Positions 31,401 to 46,400 of a stretch of 64,000 nucleotides of DNA are shown piece after piece. A program made the translations under genes and the position numbers. Numbering within the stretch: the stretch's first letter is position 1; each line of letters begins with the position of its first letter. This stretch comes from Hypanus sabinus (taxonomy: Eukaryota). Under the pieces are notes generated by a model, which saw only the letters and a list, made by a program, of their open reading frames with translations, was not told where the DNA came from and ran no database searches. Location: assembly GCF_030144855.1 (NCBI RefSeq), contig NC_082723.1:36828001-36892000 (forward strand), in the 5' to 3' direction.

Positions 31401-34400
31401 GAGCCTTATTTTGTGGCCACTTTATGGGACTTCAACCTTGGGAAAGCATATTCCTTATGATCTCCTATGAACACCAACATCATTCACTTTCTCATTTTTA
31501 AAAACAGTAAGCAATTTTTTTTAACCAAAGTATATTTTTCCACATTATATTCCTTTAGTAAAAATGGCTTTATCTCCTCTGTGTCTTCCTCGTGTTTCCT
31601 TACAAATAGTGGCTTCCTAACCTAATCAGATTCCTGCAATTCCTACCTCTTTTCTATATTTCCTATTCCATTCATTCAGTCCCATGTGTTCTAATTTTGT
31701 TTTGTAGTGAAGATTTACTTAGTTGCAGTCTAGTTTTTGTTTAATCTCATATGATACCCATGAATGTCCAGATAAATCACTTTTGCCTTATCCATTCTAC
31801 CGTAACCAGCTCCTGCTTCTCACCTTCTTAGTTTGTTGAAGCAGTTTTAAGATCTCACTTTCACTTTTAATATATTATAATTACTTTTCTCATTATACTA
31901 TACCAAATCTAAATTAGTCTATTTAGTTATTGGTGCTTCATCATACTAATGTAAAAAAAATTCTTTTACTCAATTAGTTCATCTTCAGTTACATTCACTT
32001 AATTTATATTTGGTTTAAAGATTATTGTATTGCAATTGTTACCTGCACCAGTATTCCTTCATTTCTAATATGCCTTCCATTAACTCTACCATTTGTGGGA
32101 CTATATGGAGCTGTTGCAAGTATTTCCTGCCACTTGTTGTTTCTTAGCCCCAACAAAATTTATTCCACCTATTGAATCTCTGAACAAAGAACCTTTCGTC
32201 TAGATTACTATGGTGAATCTCTATATTAATATCATGAACTAAGACTGCTTTGAACTACAGGGGACTTGGTGGGATTTTGTACTAATTGTGTTCTTTCTTA
32301 GATAATTTTGTATAATTTTGTGAATATTGTGTTTCCCATGCTATGTTCCTATGATTCTGCTGCAAGTAAGCTTTTCATTTCACCTGTGCATATATATGGA
32401 CATTACAATAAACTCAATTACTCTTTTCAATTCCTTCGTCCTATTCTTTAATATCATGGCTATCCCTCTGTTTGCATTATACCTATCTTTTCTCAAAGTT
32501 GGAAAATATTTACTTTCTGCCTTATTCACCTCACAGTAGAGGCTTGTAGAGGCTTAAATTGTAAGCATTTGTTTTGATTTATGCCGTTAATTCATTGCCT
32601 TGTTACAAATGCTGTGCACATTCAAGAAATTATTCTTCAGTTTTGTTTTCCCCTTCATCTCTGCTCTGATGCTCACTGGAAATGTATTACTATGTTTGTA
32701 TGCCCTGTTTCTTCATGATGGAGTCTGTTTATCATTATCCACTTTGTAGTTATGTGCAATCACTTTGTTCATTCCTTCTAACTTTTTGTATTTCAGCTGG
32801 TCGAAATACTTAGGTCAGAATGTTATCTACTATCTTAATGATTTGATTCACTGTAATACTGGTCTGAGCCTTCTTCAGGTGAAACCTGTCCTGATAGACA
32901 TTCTCATAACATTGATAGATTTCATGGTATTGTAACATCCTTACTTTCAACATTTAGCAGAAACTGAAAGGAGCACTCGAATATGGCAACCTGAGACCAG
33001 TCAGCAAGGTAAAGACCAAGGTGCCATGGATTCCACCAGGCAAAACATCAGTAAGAGAACTTGGCTACAAATGGGAGGTTTGTACCCATAACTCCTTGAA
33101 AGTTCTAGTTTGCATCAATGCTTATTTAATTCTGGTGTCCGTCTGACTCCAATGAATAATGCTTTGATGACAGAGATTACAAAAATTAGCTTTATTTGTC
33201 AATTGTACATTGAACCATTGAAATTTATAGTAATATGCGTCATTTGTGTCAAATCAAGTCATAAGGATTATACTGGGCAGCCAAGCCAATATACCATGCC
33301 CACAATTTACTAATCCTAACCTCAACAGCCCTAAGCTGAAGGGATGGAAAGAATGGAGATTTGAGGGAGAACTCTGGCTTGTCTGTATTCTATTTCTCTG
33401 CTCCTTCCATTTCTTTAATTTCGCAGAACACTTAAAAATAAAGCTTCTTCCTTTTCCAGTGAGGTCAAAAACCTGTATGGAACAGAAACAATAATTTTAT
33501 GTATTTTACTGTGCAATGAACTTGTGCTTCCTGTGGCTTTGAAAGAGAGTTCTCAATTTCATTTTGTGCATGATGGTAAATAGGACTAAACTACTTGGGT
33601 ACAGAGGAAATCTGAGAGGTCTCTTTATAATATGATGGTATTAATGTGTTAATTGAACTCATTAGTGTTTCTAAACACAAGAAAATCTGCAGATGCTGGA
33701 AATCCAAAGCAACACACACCAAAATGTTGATGGAACTCGGCAGGTCAGGCAACATCTACGGAAATGAATAAATAGTCACAGTTTCGGACCGAGAACCTTC
33801 TTCAGGAATATCTTCATGAATTGCTGTTTTTATCTTCATGAATTTTCATCAGTTGATTTACATAGCAATTCTGGGAGAAATTCATCACTGGTACCATAGA
33901 AATTGAGTGAGATAGAAGGAGATGAAGGGGAATAGAAGCTTTTTAGCTTTAACAACAGATCTTAACCTTGTTATTTAAACTAGTAAGTAGCTGAAGCGTA
34001 AAGACTAGGATGGATCATGTTCATTCTCAGGTCTTTACTGAAATAACAATAATTAGGGTGATGTAGTAGCACAGCGGTTATCACAGTGCTTTACAGTACA
34101 GGTGACCTGGGCTCAATTCCTGCTGCTGCCTGTAAGGAGTTTGTATGCTCTCCCCATGACTGTGTGGGTTTCCTCCCATATTCCAAAGGCGTACCGGTTG
34201 GTAGGTTAATTGGTCATTATAAAATGTCCCATGATTAGGCCAGGACTAAATTGGGGGATTGCTGGGCTGCGGAGCTGAAAGGGCCTATTCTGCACTATAT
34301 CTCAATAAATAAATAATTCCACCACACTTCAAAGGTGATGGGAAATTTATCCACAGTTCCTAACTGTAATCAGTGTCTGTGAATCCTAGGTGCATCTGGA

Positions 34401-37400
34401 TGGAATTTGAGTGAAGATGGAATTTTAATTTGGCTGTAGTACTTGTGAAATCATAATATAATGACACTATCAAATGTAGGGAGATTTTAAGCTCTTGGGC
34501 AAAGTGGACAACCTGCAGAATCACATTCACAAAATGTAATGAATACCTGCCAGAGAACAGATAAACCTGATGAGGTCTTTAGGAAGCATGTATCGTGCTT
34601 GAGCAGAACTATTTCTTCATTTTCTGAGTTATTTCAGTTTTTTTATGTGTGCCCAATGATAAATTCAAAGCTGCAAATATTTGCTCTTATTTTGGACAAA
34701 GTGTTGGAGTTGATCATTACTAACAATTGCTGTCATGCTCCTTTTATTCCAGGGTCCAACTCATCGACTGGATATAACACCCATTAACACTGAGAAATTC
34801 AACTCAACACTTCACCTGAGTGACCTCTCCACAGATGATGAGGAAGCGATACACGGGAAGATGAATCAATATGAGAAGAAAATCAACTGTCTTATGAAGC
34901 AAATGGGCTCATTAAAAAATGAGGTGAGGTTTACTGTAGGTTAAACCATGCTGGTAGTGCCACACTTATAGTGCCTCTTAGGATTTTAAACTACTTCACG
35001 AAATAAAGTGTAGCAAGTTTTGTACAGCCAGCCATGTGTGAAGTTTTGGCATGGTTTAAAGCTGTTAAGTCAGCTGGTATCCTGGATTTCATTGCTGGAG
35101 GGTGGAATGCAGGACAGTGTACTGGCACACTTGATTGTATGATTTTTTAAAATGTAATTTGGATCAGGGAAGCTAGTTTAATGAGCCCTGTGAAGATCCA
35201 ACACTCTAGAACCCTAAATAGTAGAGCTTGAAACCCCCAAAACAGAAGAAATAGCAGGAATAGGCCAGGTGAGCCATTAGCCTGATCACGTCCAGTCTTT
35301 TTTTCTGTCCATTTCCATCGATATCCAGTTCCTTTGGCATCCAGGAACCTACCTTGGTCTTGAATGAAGGGTAATGTCTGAGCTTTCACAGACCTCTGAG
35401 CAGAGAATTTTAAAGATTTACAATCTTGTGTCCTCTTCACAGTTCATATTTCAACTTTGCTTTGTATTATTAACAAACTTGTTACATCAGTTTCATCAAA
35501 ATCTTAACTGTGAATAGTTGTGTGCCCGAGGTTGATCCCTGGGCATCCTGCTGGTAACTTGAAACCAACCCATGTATTTTCACTTTCTTTTAGCCAGTCC
35601 TCTTCTGTTAACCCTCATTTTAGTGGACCTTATTTTATGTAACAGAATTTTATGAGGCAAGACATTGGGGGCTTTTTAAAAGGAAAACACACTCTGCATC
35701 TCCACTATTTCCCTTTATCTACTCAACTAATTGTATCCTCAAAGCTATTGGATTTGTCAAAAATGATTTTTCCCTTCATAGCATATTGATTTTTTGATTA
35801 TATCAGAGCAATAAAAGGGGCAGAAATTGTTGATTCTGTTTGCTGAACTCACAGTCTAAGCATTTCTTATAATTCCAATTTGAAAGTGTAACTGTGATTT
35901 ATGTATGATATATAGGTTGAATTGAGAAAGAAAAATCAATTGCTGGAACAGCAAGAGGAGGAGCTAAATCTATCCAAGCGGTTGATTGAAGAGAAAGAGG
36001 AGGAATTAGCTGAAATCACCAAGGAGCTAGTTCTTACTGAGCATAAGAATGAGCTACTACAAAGGAACATTGAAATGATGAAAGAAGATCCAGAAAATTC
36101 CTGGTACAAAATTTATAAGTATTTCCTTTTTATCTATAGTTTCTGCCAGGAATCTTTCCTTCATGCAACTTGCTTCAGCTGGGAGAACAGCCTTTCTAAG
36201 CAATTTCACAGAAGGACTGGGTTAGATTGATGAGTAACAAAAGTTATTTAACATAATACTAAATATCAGGAAAGAATAAGGAATTAGATTATAGTCTGTT
36301 GAATGTTGATAAGGCCACGTGAATTGGAATACTGGATTCATTTCTGATCATTCCTAACGAGAAATACGGAGAAGGACACTATGAAGGAGATTCACAGAGA
36401 TTATAAGAAGATATATCTGGTTGGATGAACCAGAATTGCTTCTTCTTTCCTGGCTTGGCAAAATATGTGATTCCAAATCCGCCAGAGTTGTTAATTGCCT
36501 TCTTAGTTCAGAGGTATCTTTAAATTGTCAGCCTTGCTGATGATAGGCAATCCCTTGAATAAATAGTTTTAAAATATCCTTTCCATCCTGTGTAACTATT
36601 ACTTTGTTCTCCTTTCACTTCGAGAAAACTTCTTGCACATAATGGGAATTATCAACATGTCTGATGTTGTTTTTCAAAGCTCAGATAAAAAGCTGTGGCG
36701 TAAAGATGACACCCTGTTGAAAAAGCTCATGGAAGTTGAAATGGATGGAGCTGCTGCAGCCAAACAGGTTGCATCTCTGCGTAATACCATCAGTAAGCTG
36801 GGCACAGTAAGTGCAGCTTTTTTTACCTTTTAATTATGCATCATGTAGTCTTTTCTTCAAGAAAGATTTTCCTCCTGTCTTGTAATTCTGTCAACTACAA
36901 AAAATGAAATGCTGGAAAGAATTGCTAATGTTTGGTGAATAGCCTGTCTTCTCATACAGTGGTCCACTTAGTGTGTAGAACTATTTCCTTCAATTTTCAG
37001 AGTATTTCTTCAAGTTATTACTGCTTGAGATTTCTGAAATGCCTTCTATCTTGAGATCAAGAAGAAAATGTCGTGGCTAATTTTGTTGATAAATTCAAAG
37101 CAGAAGCAACTTGATCTCCCAAGCATTTTTGTCTTTTGCTAATTGTTGAAGGTTGAATTATGACAAGTCTTGCACAAAAGCAAAATGAACTGATACTATA
37201 TTATACAAAGTATTTAGTGCTACACTGCATAGTGCTTCAGAAAAGATAGTAGCTCAGGATGTGTGCCTGGGAACTGGAAGCCCAGCACAAGCCTCTGCCC
37301 TCCCTATCATTGTGCCAAGAACCTGCTGTAAATGCATGTCCTCCAATGGTACAAAATTCCCATGGCTCCATGTGGAAAAGCTGACTGTTCAGTTGGTATT

Positions 37401-40400
37401 AGACTGCTTGGAGCAAAGAAAGATTGGGAAGAATCTCATGACTTGTATATAAATTTTGAGGGTGATAATTTAGAAGGTCACGACCTTCAGCTTTGCCTTG
37501 AAGAAAAGTAGGGTTGAAGAGTTGGAGAGACCAATCAGTTCAGTAAATTATTGAGCAGAATAGAGTGGTGAAATAGAAAACAGTCTTTTGCATTGGATGA
37601 ATTGGGGAAATAAATGCCCTATTTCTGTGTATTACAATGTGATTTCTGATAGATGTCTAAAGGAGGAAGATAGGTTTAATGTTCTCAAACTTTTATGCTT
37701 GGAAAGCCATGTACAGGTTTAGCTAAAATTGATGTTGGTACTTTGTTCACAGTGTACGATTGCTGGGCTTGTGAAGTAATGTTACACAGCGTCCTCCACT
37801 TATGTGCGCTCTCTTGCATAAAAAGTTCTTGTGTATTTGAAGTCTGCAAACAGACTTGGAGGGTTAAGGCCTGCTTTGACATAAAGGAACTGACTTACTG
37901 CCTGAGATGATAAGGATTTCAGTTTCTTCAAGTTATTTCTTTTCTTACTTGAAGATAATTTCCCTTGTTCTTCTTCGTACATCCACCCTGGTATCACCAC
38001 CATTTTCAAAGTTGTCCCCAAGATTACAAACAGTTTAGTGATCTGCTTCTGAAGTTTTGAGTAGAAATCATCACTGTATTAATTTCAGGAGGTTTTGAAA
38101 GGAATGTTACTTTGTACAACCCTTTTGAGGTTTAATTTGTGGGCCATGGCAAGGTTAGTCTAGTGGATTCAATATAAGCAAAATATTTTTGTGAATTTTG
38201 CTACATTGTTATTTGCCTAATCATTAGTATCCATTCCTACAATGCCTCTTCTTTTAAGATAACTTGTTACTCTATTGGACACAGGACAAGGGGGTCCTAA
38301 GTAAAAGATCGTTGAAGCAAAGTTCTGGGGTTGACAGCACAACAAATAACAGAAATCACTTTTGGGAGCTTGAAATTGGGTGTAAGTTTATTTTAAGTGC
38401 ATAGTCTGGAAACTAGGAAATGAAACAGCTCCTGTTTGTGAGTTAAGAGCCCAGAAGATGTATATGGGAGCATAAAATTATAAATTTGATAAAGACCCCT
38501 AGCCAAAGCTTTGATACAGATTGAATAGTCTTTTGGAATTAATAAATGTTATAGCTTGAGAGGGGATATGGTTGAAGAAGCATTGTTATTCCTTGGAAAA
38601 ATTAAATACTTAAATAAGAATTTGCAAAAACATTGAGTGGTGATGCACAAATGATCTTTGCCAAGAAGCAGCTGGAAACAGATTTTTAATCTAAGACTTC
38701 AGTGCAGATTTCTGTTGCTGCCTGTGCCAACATGGATGAGAAAAGGAGAAACTTTTTAATAAGATGATTTGTATTTCCAAAGGGTAAAAGTACAAATTTT
38801 TCAGTGGTCCTCTTTTTAAAAAAAAAATTTCTCTATATTTGCAAAGGTCCACTAAACTTGTTCTTTCTGTACATTAAGGAGAAGCAAATGTCAACATCAG
38901 AATGTAACTTGCTATCACGGCAGAAGGAATTGTTAATGCAGAAATTGGAGACCTTTGATGCATCAAATCGAGCTGTTCGGGATCTACTTAAGGAACAGCA
39001 TGCACAAGAGGTAAGAATTTGTCAGCCGTTGGGTCATTTAATTCTTTTCTGTAGTTGTATTTAGTTAGAAAAGCTTTCTTCTGTTTTACCTTTATTGAAG
39101 TTGGATCATTCTGATCATTTGATATTAATATCCAAGCTGGCATTTATTTTGATTTGAGCCACAGTGCAATTACTTTCTGTGATTCAGAAAGTTAATTGAT
39201 TGCTTTATGTCTCATTTGAGAACCTTTGACACCAAATCTCGACCAATACTGTAATGCGAATCTGAAGTAGTCCAGTGGTTTCAGTGCTCCCTGAAAAAAA
39301 TAAATTGCAATTTGTCTCCCTTCTGGGATCAATAATTCAATGGGTAATGTATGTAAAAGATCCAATATGATGCTTTTGGTTCTTAGAGTAGAAAGGATGA
39401 CACCAGCTTAGTTTTCAGCATGCCCTAGGATTGCTATAATGTATGAAATGGGGCAAGGGCTAGATCTGTCACAAATTCTTCCTCAACTGATGGGTTGCCC
39501 TTTCTCTGTGTAATGACTCAGGTTGGAGTACTGGACAAACAAATAAATTATCAAGATCATGTTCCTTAAGAACAGCACAATTCACCCTTCACAGCAGCAG
39601 GAATAAAGGAAGAAAATCATTTAGAGATAGGGTATAATTTATATATGAACTCAGTTTCTCAATGTATTGGCAAAATCTATTCCAGTCTGTAGGAAGACGT
39701 TTGCAAGTGGATCAGGAGATTGGAGGTTCTCTAAATTGGTCACCTTTTATTATGAGTAGCTGTATATCCTTGTTTAATTTCCAAAGGCTTTACATTGACT
39801 TGCACCTAGTCACATGTTAAAGAAGAAATAAAATTTTGCCTACTTGGTTGAAACTGGATCATCTATACAGTCCAAGCAGACTTCTCCATTTTATTGGACC
39901 TATGATTTTTTTTCCAAATGTTAAATTAATGCAGTATAATTTTTTTAATCCTTGAGTGAATACAAAATATCTAACAATATTTTCCAAAGTTGAATCGCAA
40001 AAAGTTGGCTTGCAGGTATTAAGAAGGCAAAAGGAATGTTGGTCTTCATTGCTAGAGGGATTGAATTCAAGAGCAGGGAGGTCATGCTGCAACTATACAG
40101 GGTTCTGGTGAGGCTGCACCTGGAGTACTGTGAGCAGTACTGTTCTCCATACTTGAGGAAGGATATACTGGCTTTGGAGGCAGTGCAGAGGAGGTTCACC
40201 AGGTTGATTCCAGGGATGAAGGGGTTAACCTATGAGGAGAGATTGAGTCGCCTGGGACTATACTCTCTGGAGTTCAGAAGAATGAGAGGGGATATTATAG
40301 AAACATACAAAATTTTGAAAGGGATAGATAAGATAGAAGTAGCAAAGTTGTTTCCATTGGTAGGTAAGACTAGAATTAGAGGACATTGTCTCAAGATTCA

Positions 40401-43400
40401 GGGGAGAAGATTTAGGATGGAGATGAGGAGAAACTGTTTTTCCCAGAGAGTGGTGAATCTGTGGAATTCTCTGCCTAGGGAAGCAGCTGAGGCTTCCTCA
40501 CAAAATATATTTAAGATACAGGTAGATAGGATTTTACATAGTAAGGGAATTAAGGGTTATGGGGAATAGGCAGGCAGATGGAGCTGAGTTTTTGGACAGA
40601 TCAGCCATGATCTTATTGAATGGCGGGGCAGGCTCAGTGGGCTGGATGGCCTACTCCTGCTCCTGTTTCTTATGTTCTTATGTTATGTAAAGACAAAATC
40701 TATTGGGTGCAGCACAGCAGTGAAGGGAGGAAGATGAATTATGGAAGTTTAGAGTCAATGATAGGAACTTGTCTTGTCCATTGAAGGTATTGATAGTGTG
40801 TCCCATTTGAAGGTCAGTTAAACCTAATGGTAGGTTGAGACAGATGAGAGGGCAGGGAGAAGCTCAGTGAAGACATAGTTGTCAGAAATTTGAAAGTGCT
40901 GCTTAGTTATGGACAGGGAAAAATGGAACAAAGGAAATTTATTTTAAAAGATGAGGCCACATTTGCCAAGGTCATTCATTTGTTTTCAGAGCCAAATGGT
41001 TACGAGATTAATGAAGGAATCTTTAGAGAGGAAGATTGGGCAATGGAAATAAATTTTAGTCAAGCCTTGTCAGAACTAAGAAGAAAACAAGAACTGTCTT
41101 CCATAGTTGCCCAGTCTTAGTTAAAGTGTTGGCCAAAACCTCACTACTACAACCACATCTCTTTCTCTAACTATCTATTAAGAAGGAATCTCATTGGTAA
41201 CTTTGGTCTCACCCCATCGGAGATATTTCGTTTGTCCTATACATCCCTTTCCTTAACTCTGTGCAACTTAAAACTAACTCGTTTTTTCACTTTCTGGTTC
41301 TAATGAAGAATCTTCAACTTGAAACAATAGAACGGTTTCTCTTTCTACAAACACCATGTGTTTTTATTTCTCTTTATATTTTAGACCAGGTAGTTATTAT
41401 TTTGAAATGGAGTGATTATATCGTTTTTGCATGATGGGGGTAGAATGGAAGTGGCAAGTATTAACAATGTCAAAGAAAAAGGCAAATGATCAGCACATAA
41501 ACAAGGATGGAGGGGAAGGAAGTAGTAAGTGAATTTTCTGAACAAAATGAGCGAGCAGGAGGGAAGAATAAAGGATGAGGCCAGGAAGAAGTGAATAACA
41601 AGAGATTTATTAAACAGGACAAGAGGAAGAGGGAAGGTACAAAGGTTTCAAAAATCTATATAGTCAAGCTTGATGGAAGACATAATCATAAGCCCTGAAA
41701 CATATTGAAGATATTAAATTAAGAAGGTAGATGGTCGTGAAGAAAATAACTCTGTAATTATCTGTGCTGATAGGGTTAATTCCCACTTTTTTTTTAATAT
41801 CTAGACTGATGCTTTGAGGTTGTTTGATCTAAAAGAAGCCTTACTTGAAAAACTGGCCCGGTCGGAAGCAGAAAATGCGGTGAGATAAACTTACAGCAAT
41901 TGGTGATTTTGTTCATGGGAAAAACCCTCAACAGGATTATTTTCGGTTTATATTTTGAGTTCTGCTATCAGCAGTGGCTGCAGAAGGCCAATTAAATATT
42001 AGGCAAATAATCTCTTCCTCAATCAATAAAACAATTGGGGTGGTTGACTTCAGAAAAACTTGCACCAGTCACACCCTTCTTTACATTGGGGCACAGCAGT
42101 AGAAACTGAGCAGCTTCAAACTCCTGGGAGTACACATCTCTCATGGTACCAGAACGCATTCTACGCAATCAGGAAAGCTCACCAACCTCTTTGCTTTCTG
42201 AGGAGGCTGAAGAGAGCTGGACTATGCATATCTACACATGTCATTCTACAGATACAAAGTAGAGAGCCTCCTAACAATCTGCATCACTGTATGATGCATA
42301 AGCTGCACTGTGGCAGACAGGAAGGCTCCTCAACAGATAGTCAAAACTGCCAGCACATCACTGACACCAGCCTACTTGCCATCAAGAATATATATACAGA
42401 AAAGGCCCAGTGACATCATGAGTGACCCACCCACCCTACTGATGGACCATTTGTCCCATTCCCATCAGGACGCTATGTAGCATCCATGCCAGGACCAGCA
42501 CACTCAGAAACAGGTACTTTCTCCAAGCAGTAAGCTGATCAACACAAACCTACCCCTCAACACCCCCAAACACCGTTCCTTTTTCTTTTTCCGTCAGTCA
42601 CCTTATGTGCAGACAGATACTCCTGTGCCTATTGCCACTTTATGGACATAAGATCAATCTATGTATAAGAGCTGTCTTAAGTATTTATATTTATTGTGGT
42701 TTTTTAAAATTATTATTCTATTTATGCCATTGTCTGTACTTTTTTTTGTGCTGCATTGGATCCAGAGTGACAGTTATTTCATTCCCCTTTACACTTACAT
42801 ACTGAAAATGATACTATGTAATCTTGAATCTTAGCACATTTTTCATTTATTTCTGCATGGAAAAGGGAGGTGAGGGATGATATTGGATCACTGGAAAATG
42901 ATGCTGATGAGGTAGTAATGGGGTCAAAGAAATGCAAATTAACTTAGTGGGTACTTTGCATCTATCTTGACTGTAGAAGACACTAGCAGTGTGCCAAAGG
43001 TCCATGAGTGTCAGGGAGCAGGAGTGATTGCTAATGGAAAAAGTGCTAGGCAAACACTAAGTCTTAAGGTGGATCAGTCACTTGGGCCAGGTGGACTGCA
43101 TCCCAGAGTCCCGAAAGAGGTTGCTGATGAGATTCGGATGCATTAGTCATGATCTTTCAAGAATCATTTGATTCTGGCATGGTCCCGGAGGACTGGAAGA
43201 TTGCAAATGTCATTCCACTCTTTAAGAAGGGAGGAAGGCAAAAGAAAGGAAATTATAGACCAGTTAACCTAACCTTAGTGGTTGGGACAGTGTTGGAGTC
43301 TGTCACTAAGGATGAGATTTCGAGGTATTTGGAGACTAATGATAAAATAAGTCAAAGTCAGCCTGGTTCCTGTAAAGGGAAATCTTGCCTGACAAATCTG

Positions 43401-46400
43401 TTAGAGTTCTTTGAGGAAGTAACAATCAGCTTGGACAAAGGAGAGGCAGTGGATGTCATTTACTTGGACTTTCAGAAGTTGTTTGATAAGGTGCCACATG
43501 AAGCTGCTTAACAAGATAAAATCCTGTGGCGTTACAGGAAAGATTCTGGCATGGATAGAGGAATGGCTGACAGGCAGGAGGCAGCGAGTGGGAATAAAAG
43601 GGGCCTTTTCTGTTTGGCTGCTGGTGACTAGTGGTGTTCCTCAGGGGTCAGTGTGGGACTGCTCCTTTTCACATTGTTTGTCATTGATTTAGATAATAGA
43701 ATTGGTGGATTTGTGGCAAAATTTGTGAATGATACCAAGATAGGTGGAGGGGTAGGTAGTGCTGAGGAAGCAATGTGATTGCAGCAGGACTTTAGACAAA
43801 TTGGAAGAATGGGCAAAAAAGTGGCAGAGGGAATATAGTGTTGGGAAATGTATGATAATACATTTTGGTAAAAAGAACAATAGTGTGGACTATTATCTAA
43901 GTGGGGAGAAGGTTCAAACATCAGAGGTGCAGAGGGTCTTAGGAGGCCTCTTGCAAGACTCCCAGAAGGTTATTTTACAGGTTCTTAGTCTGTGGTAAAG
44001 AAGGCAAATGGAATGTTAGCATTTATTTCAAGGGGAGTAGAACATAAAACCGAGGAGATAACGCTGAGGCTTTATAAGACACTAGTCAGGCTACACTTGG
44101 AGTATTGTCTACAGTTTTGGGCACCCTATTTCAGAAAGGATGTGTCATCATTGGAGAGAGTCCAGAGGAGGTTTATGAGGATGATTCTGGGAATGAAGAG
44201 GGTTAACATAGGAGTGTTTGGCGGCTTTGCACCTGTACTCACTGGAGTTTAGAAGAATGCGAGGGGATCTTATTGAAACCTACTGAATGTTGAAAGGACT
44301 AGAAAGGGTGGATGTTTCATATGGTGGGGTATCCAGAACTAGAGGACACAGCCTAAAGGGCGACCCTTTAGAACAGAGGTAAGGAAGATTTTCTTTTTAG
44401 CCAGAGTCTAGTAAGTCTGTGGATTGTTCTGCCACAGACTGCAGTGGAGGCTAAGTCTGCGTATATTTAAGGTGGAAGTTGATCATTTCCTGATTGGCCA
44501 GGGCATCGAAGGATATGGCGAGAAGGCGGGTATATGAGTTGAGTGGGATCTGAGCTCTGCCGTGACAGAATGGCAGAGCAGACTTGATGGGCTGAATGGC
44601 CTAATTCTGCTCCTATGTCTTATGGTATTATAGTCTTATAATTTCTTGGGTGCTTGTATATATGAGAATTTTGTTCATCTCTACTGGGTTCGGTGTTCAA
44701 ATAGCTTTGCTTAGTATACATTGACTGTTTGGTAAAGGTTAATATCCCTGAGAGGCATGAAGAAGAATTACAAGGAAAATCTGAATGAATCATGCTTGAG
44801 ACATGATTCAAATTTTCATTTATAATTCCTGCAACACAAAATCCCAAGGTGATTCACAGCCATAAAATTGACATCTGGCAAAAGAATGGTCTTCTAAAAG
44901 CTTGATGGAACAGTTGGATTTTAAGAAGAGTATTGAAGAAATAGACAGAAATGTTTGGGGAGTGAATTCCAGAGGTTAAATCTGGGCATAGCCTCACATC
45001 ATGGTGGTTAGAGGGAGAGGCAATGGTCAAATGGTCAAGGAAGTGAGCAATGTCTATGCAACGAGAGTTGAAAGAATGTAGAATTCCTGGAGAGTTGAAA
45101 AATTGGAGGAGGTGACAGAAATCTAGTCAGTATAGGCTCTCAAGATATTTTAACACAAGGGTGAGTATTTTAAAAACAAGCTGTTGTTGAACTGGGTACC
45201 AATTCTGATCACTGAGCAGAAGCCACTGATGAATGTGACAGAGCAGTCTGGAACATAATATAATATTTGAGGATCAAGTTCATGAAAAGGGGATGATATG
45301 ACCTTAGCAGGTGAGCCATATAACAGTTGAATCTGGTAGTAAGTAAATCATGCTGGGTTTCAGCAGTGGTTGAGCTGAAATGAGACAGAGATGAACATAG
45401 AACATAGAAATCTACAACACATTACAGGACCTTCAGCCCTCAATGTTGTAGCGACCATCTCTAGAAACTGCCCAGAATTACCCTACCGCATAGCCCTCAA
45501 GTTTTCTAAGTTCCATGTACCTACCTAAGAGTCTCTTAAGTTCCTTGCACCCACCACTCTCTGTGTGGGAAAAGCTTCCCCCTGACACCCTCTCGGTACC
45601 TACTTCCAAGCACCTTAAAACTATGCCCCCTTGTGCTAGCCATTTCAACCCTGGGAAAAAGCCTCCGGCTATCCATAAAATCAATGCCCCTCATCATCTT
45701 ATACACCTCTATCAAGTCACCTCTCATCCTCTGTTGCTCTAAGGAGAAAAGGCTGAGTTCACTCAACCTATTCTTATAAGGCATGCTGTCCAATCCAGGC
45801 AACATCCTTGTAAATTTCCTCTGCACGCTTTCTATAGTTTCCACATCCTTCCTGTAATGAGGTGACCAGACTGAACACAGTAGTTACTCCAAGTAGAGTC
45901 TAACCAAGGTCTTGTATAACTGTAACATTACCTCATGGCTCTTGAACTTCAGTCCCACAGCTGATGAATGCCAACACACCATACACCTTCTTAACAACAC
46001 TGTCAACCTGTGCAGCAGCTTTGAGTGTCCTATGGACACTGACCCCAAGATCTCCCTGATCCTCCTCACTGCCAGGAGTATTGCCAATGATATTATACTC
46101 TGTCTTCAAATTTGACTTTCCAAAATGAACCACTTCACACTTATCTGGGTCCAGCTCCATCTGCCACTTGTCAGTCCAGTTCTGCATCCTGTCGATGTAT
46201 CGCTGTAACCTCTGATTTCTCTCCAGACTATCCACAACACCTTTGTGTCATCATCAGATCGGTGAAACAAAGCTGATTGAATTAATTGGTCTTTTCAATT
46301 AAAAACTATTTTTATATGCATACAAGTGAAACAGAAATTATATCTTTATAAATATATAGAATGAGATCTGAGGGGAAAAATAGAAAATATCTTGGGTTGG

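Noticed and set aside
40036-40569. 177-aa ORF as a host gene
   Set aside because: It is the C-terminus of CR1 ORF2 in a 5'-truncated copy.
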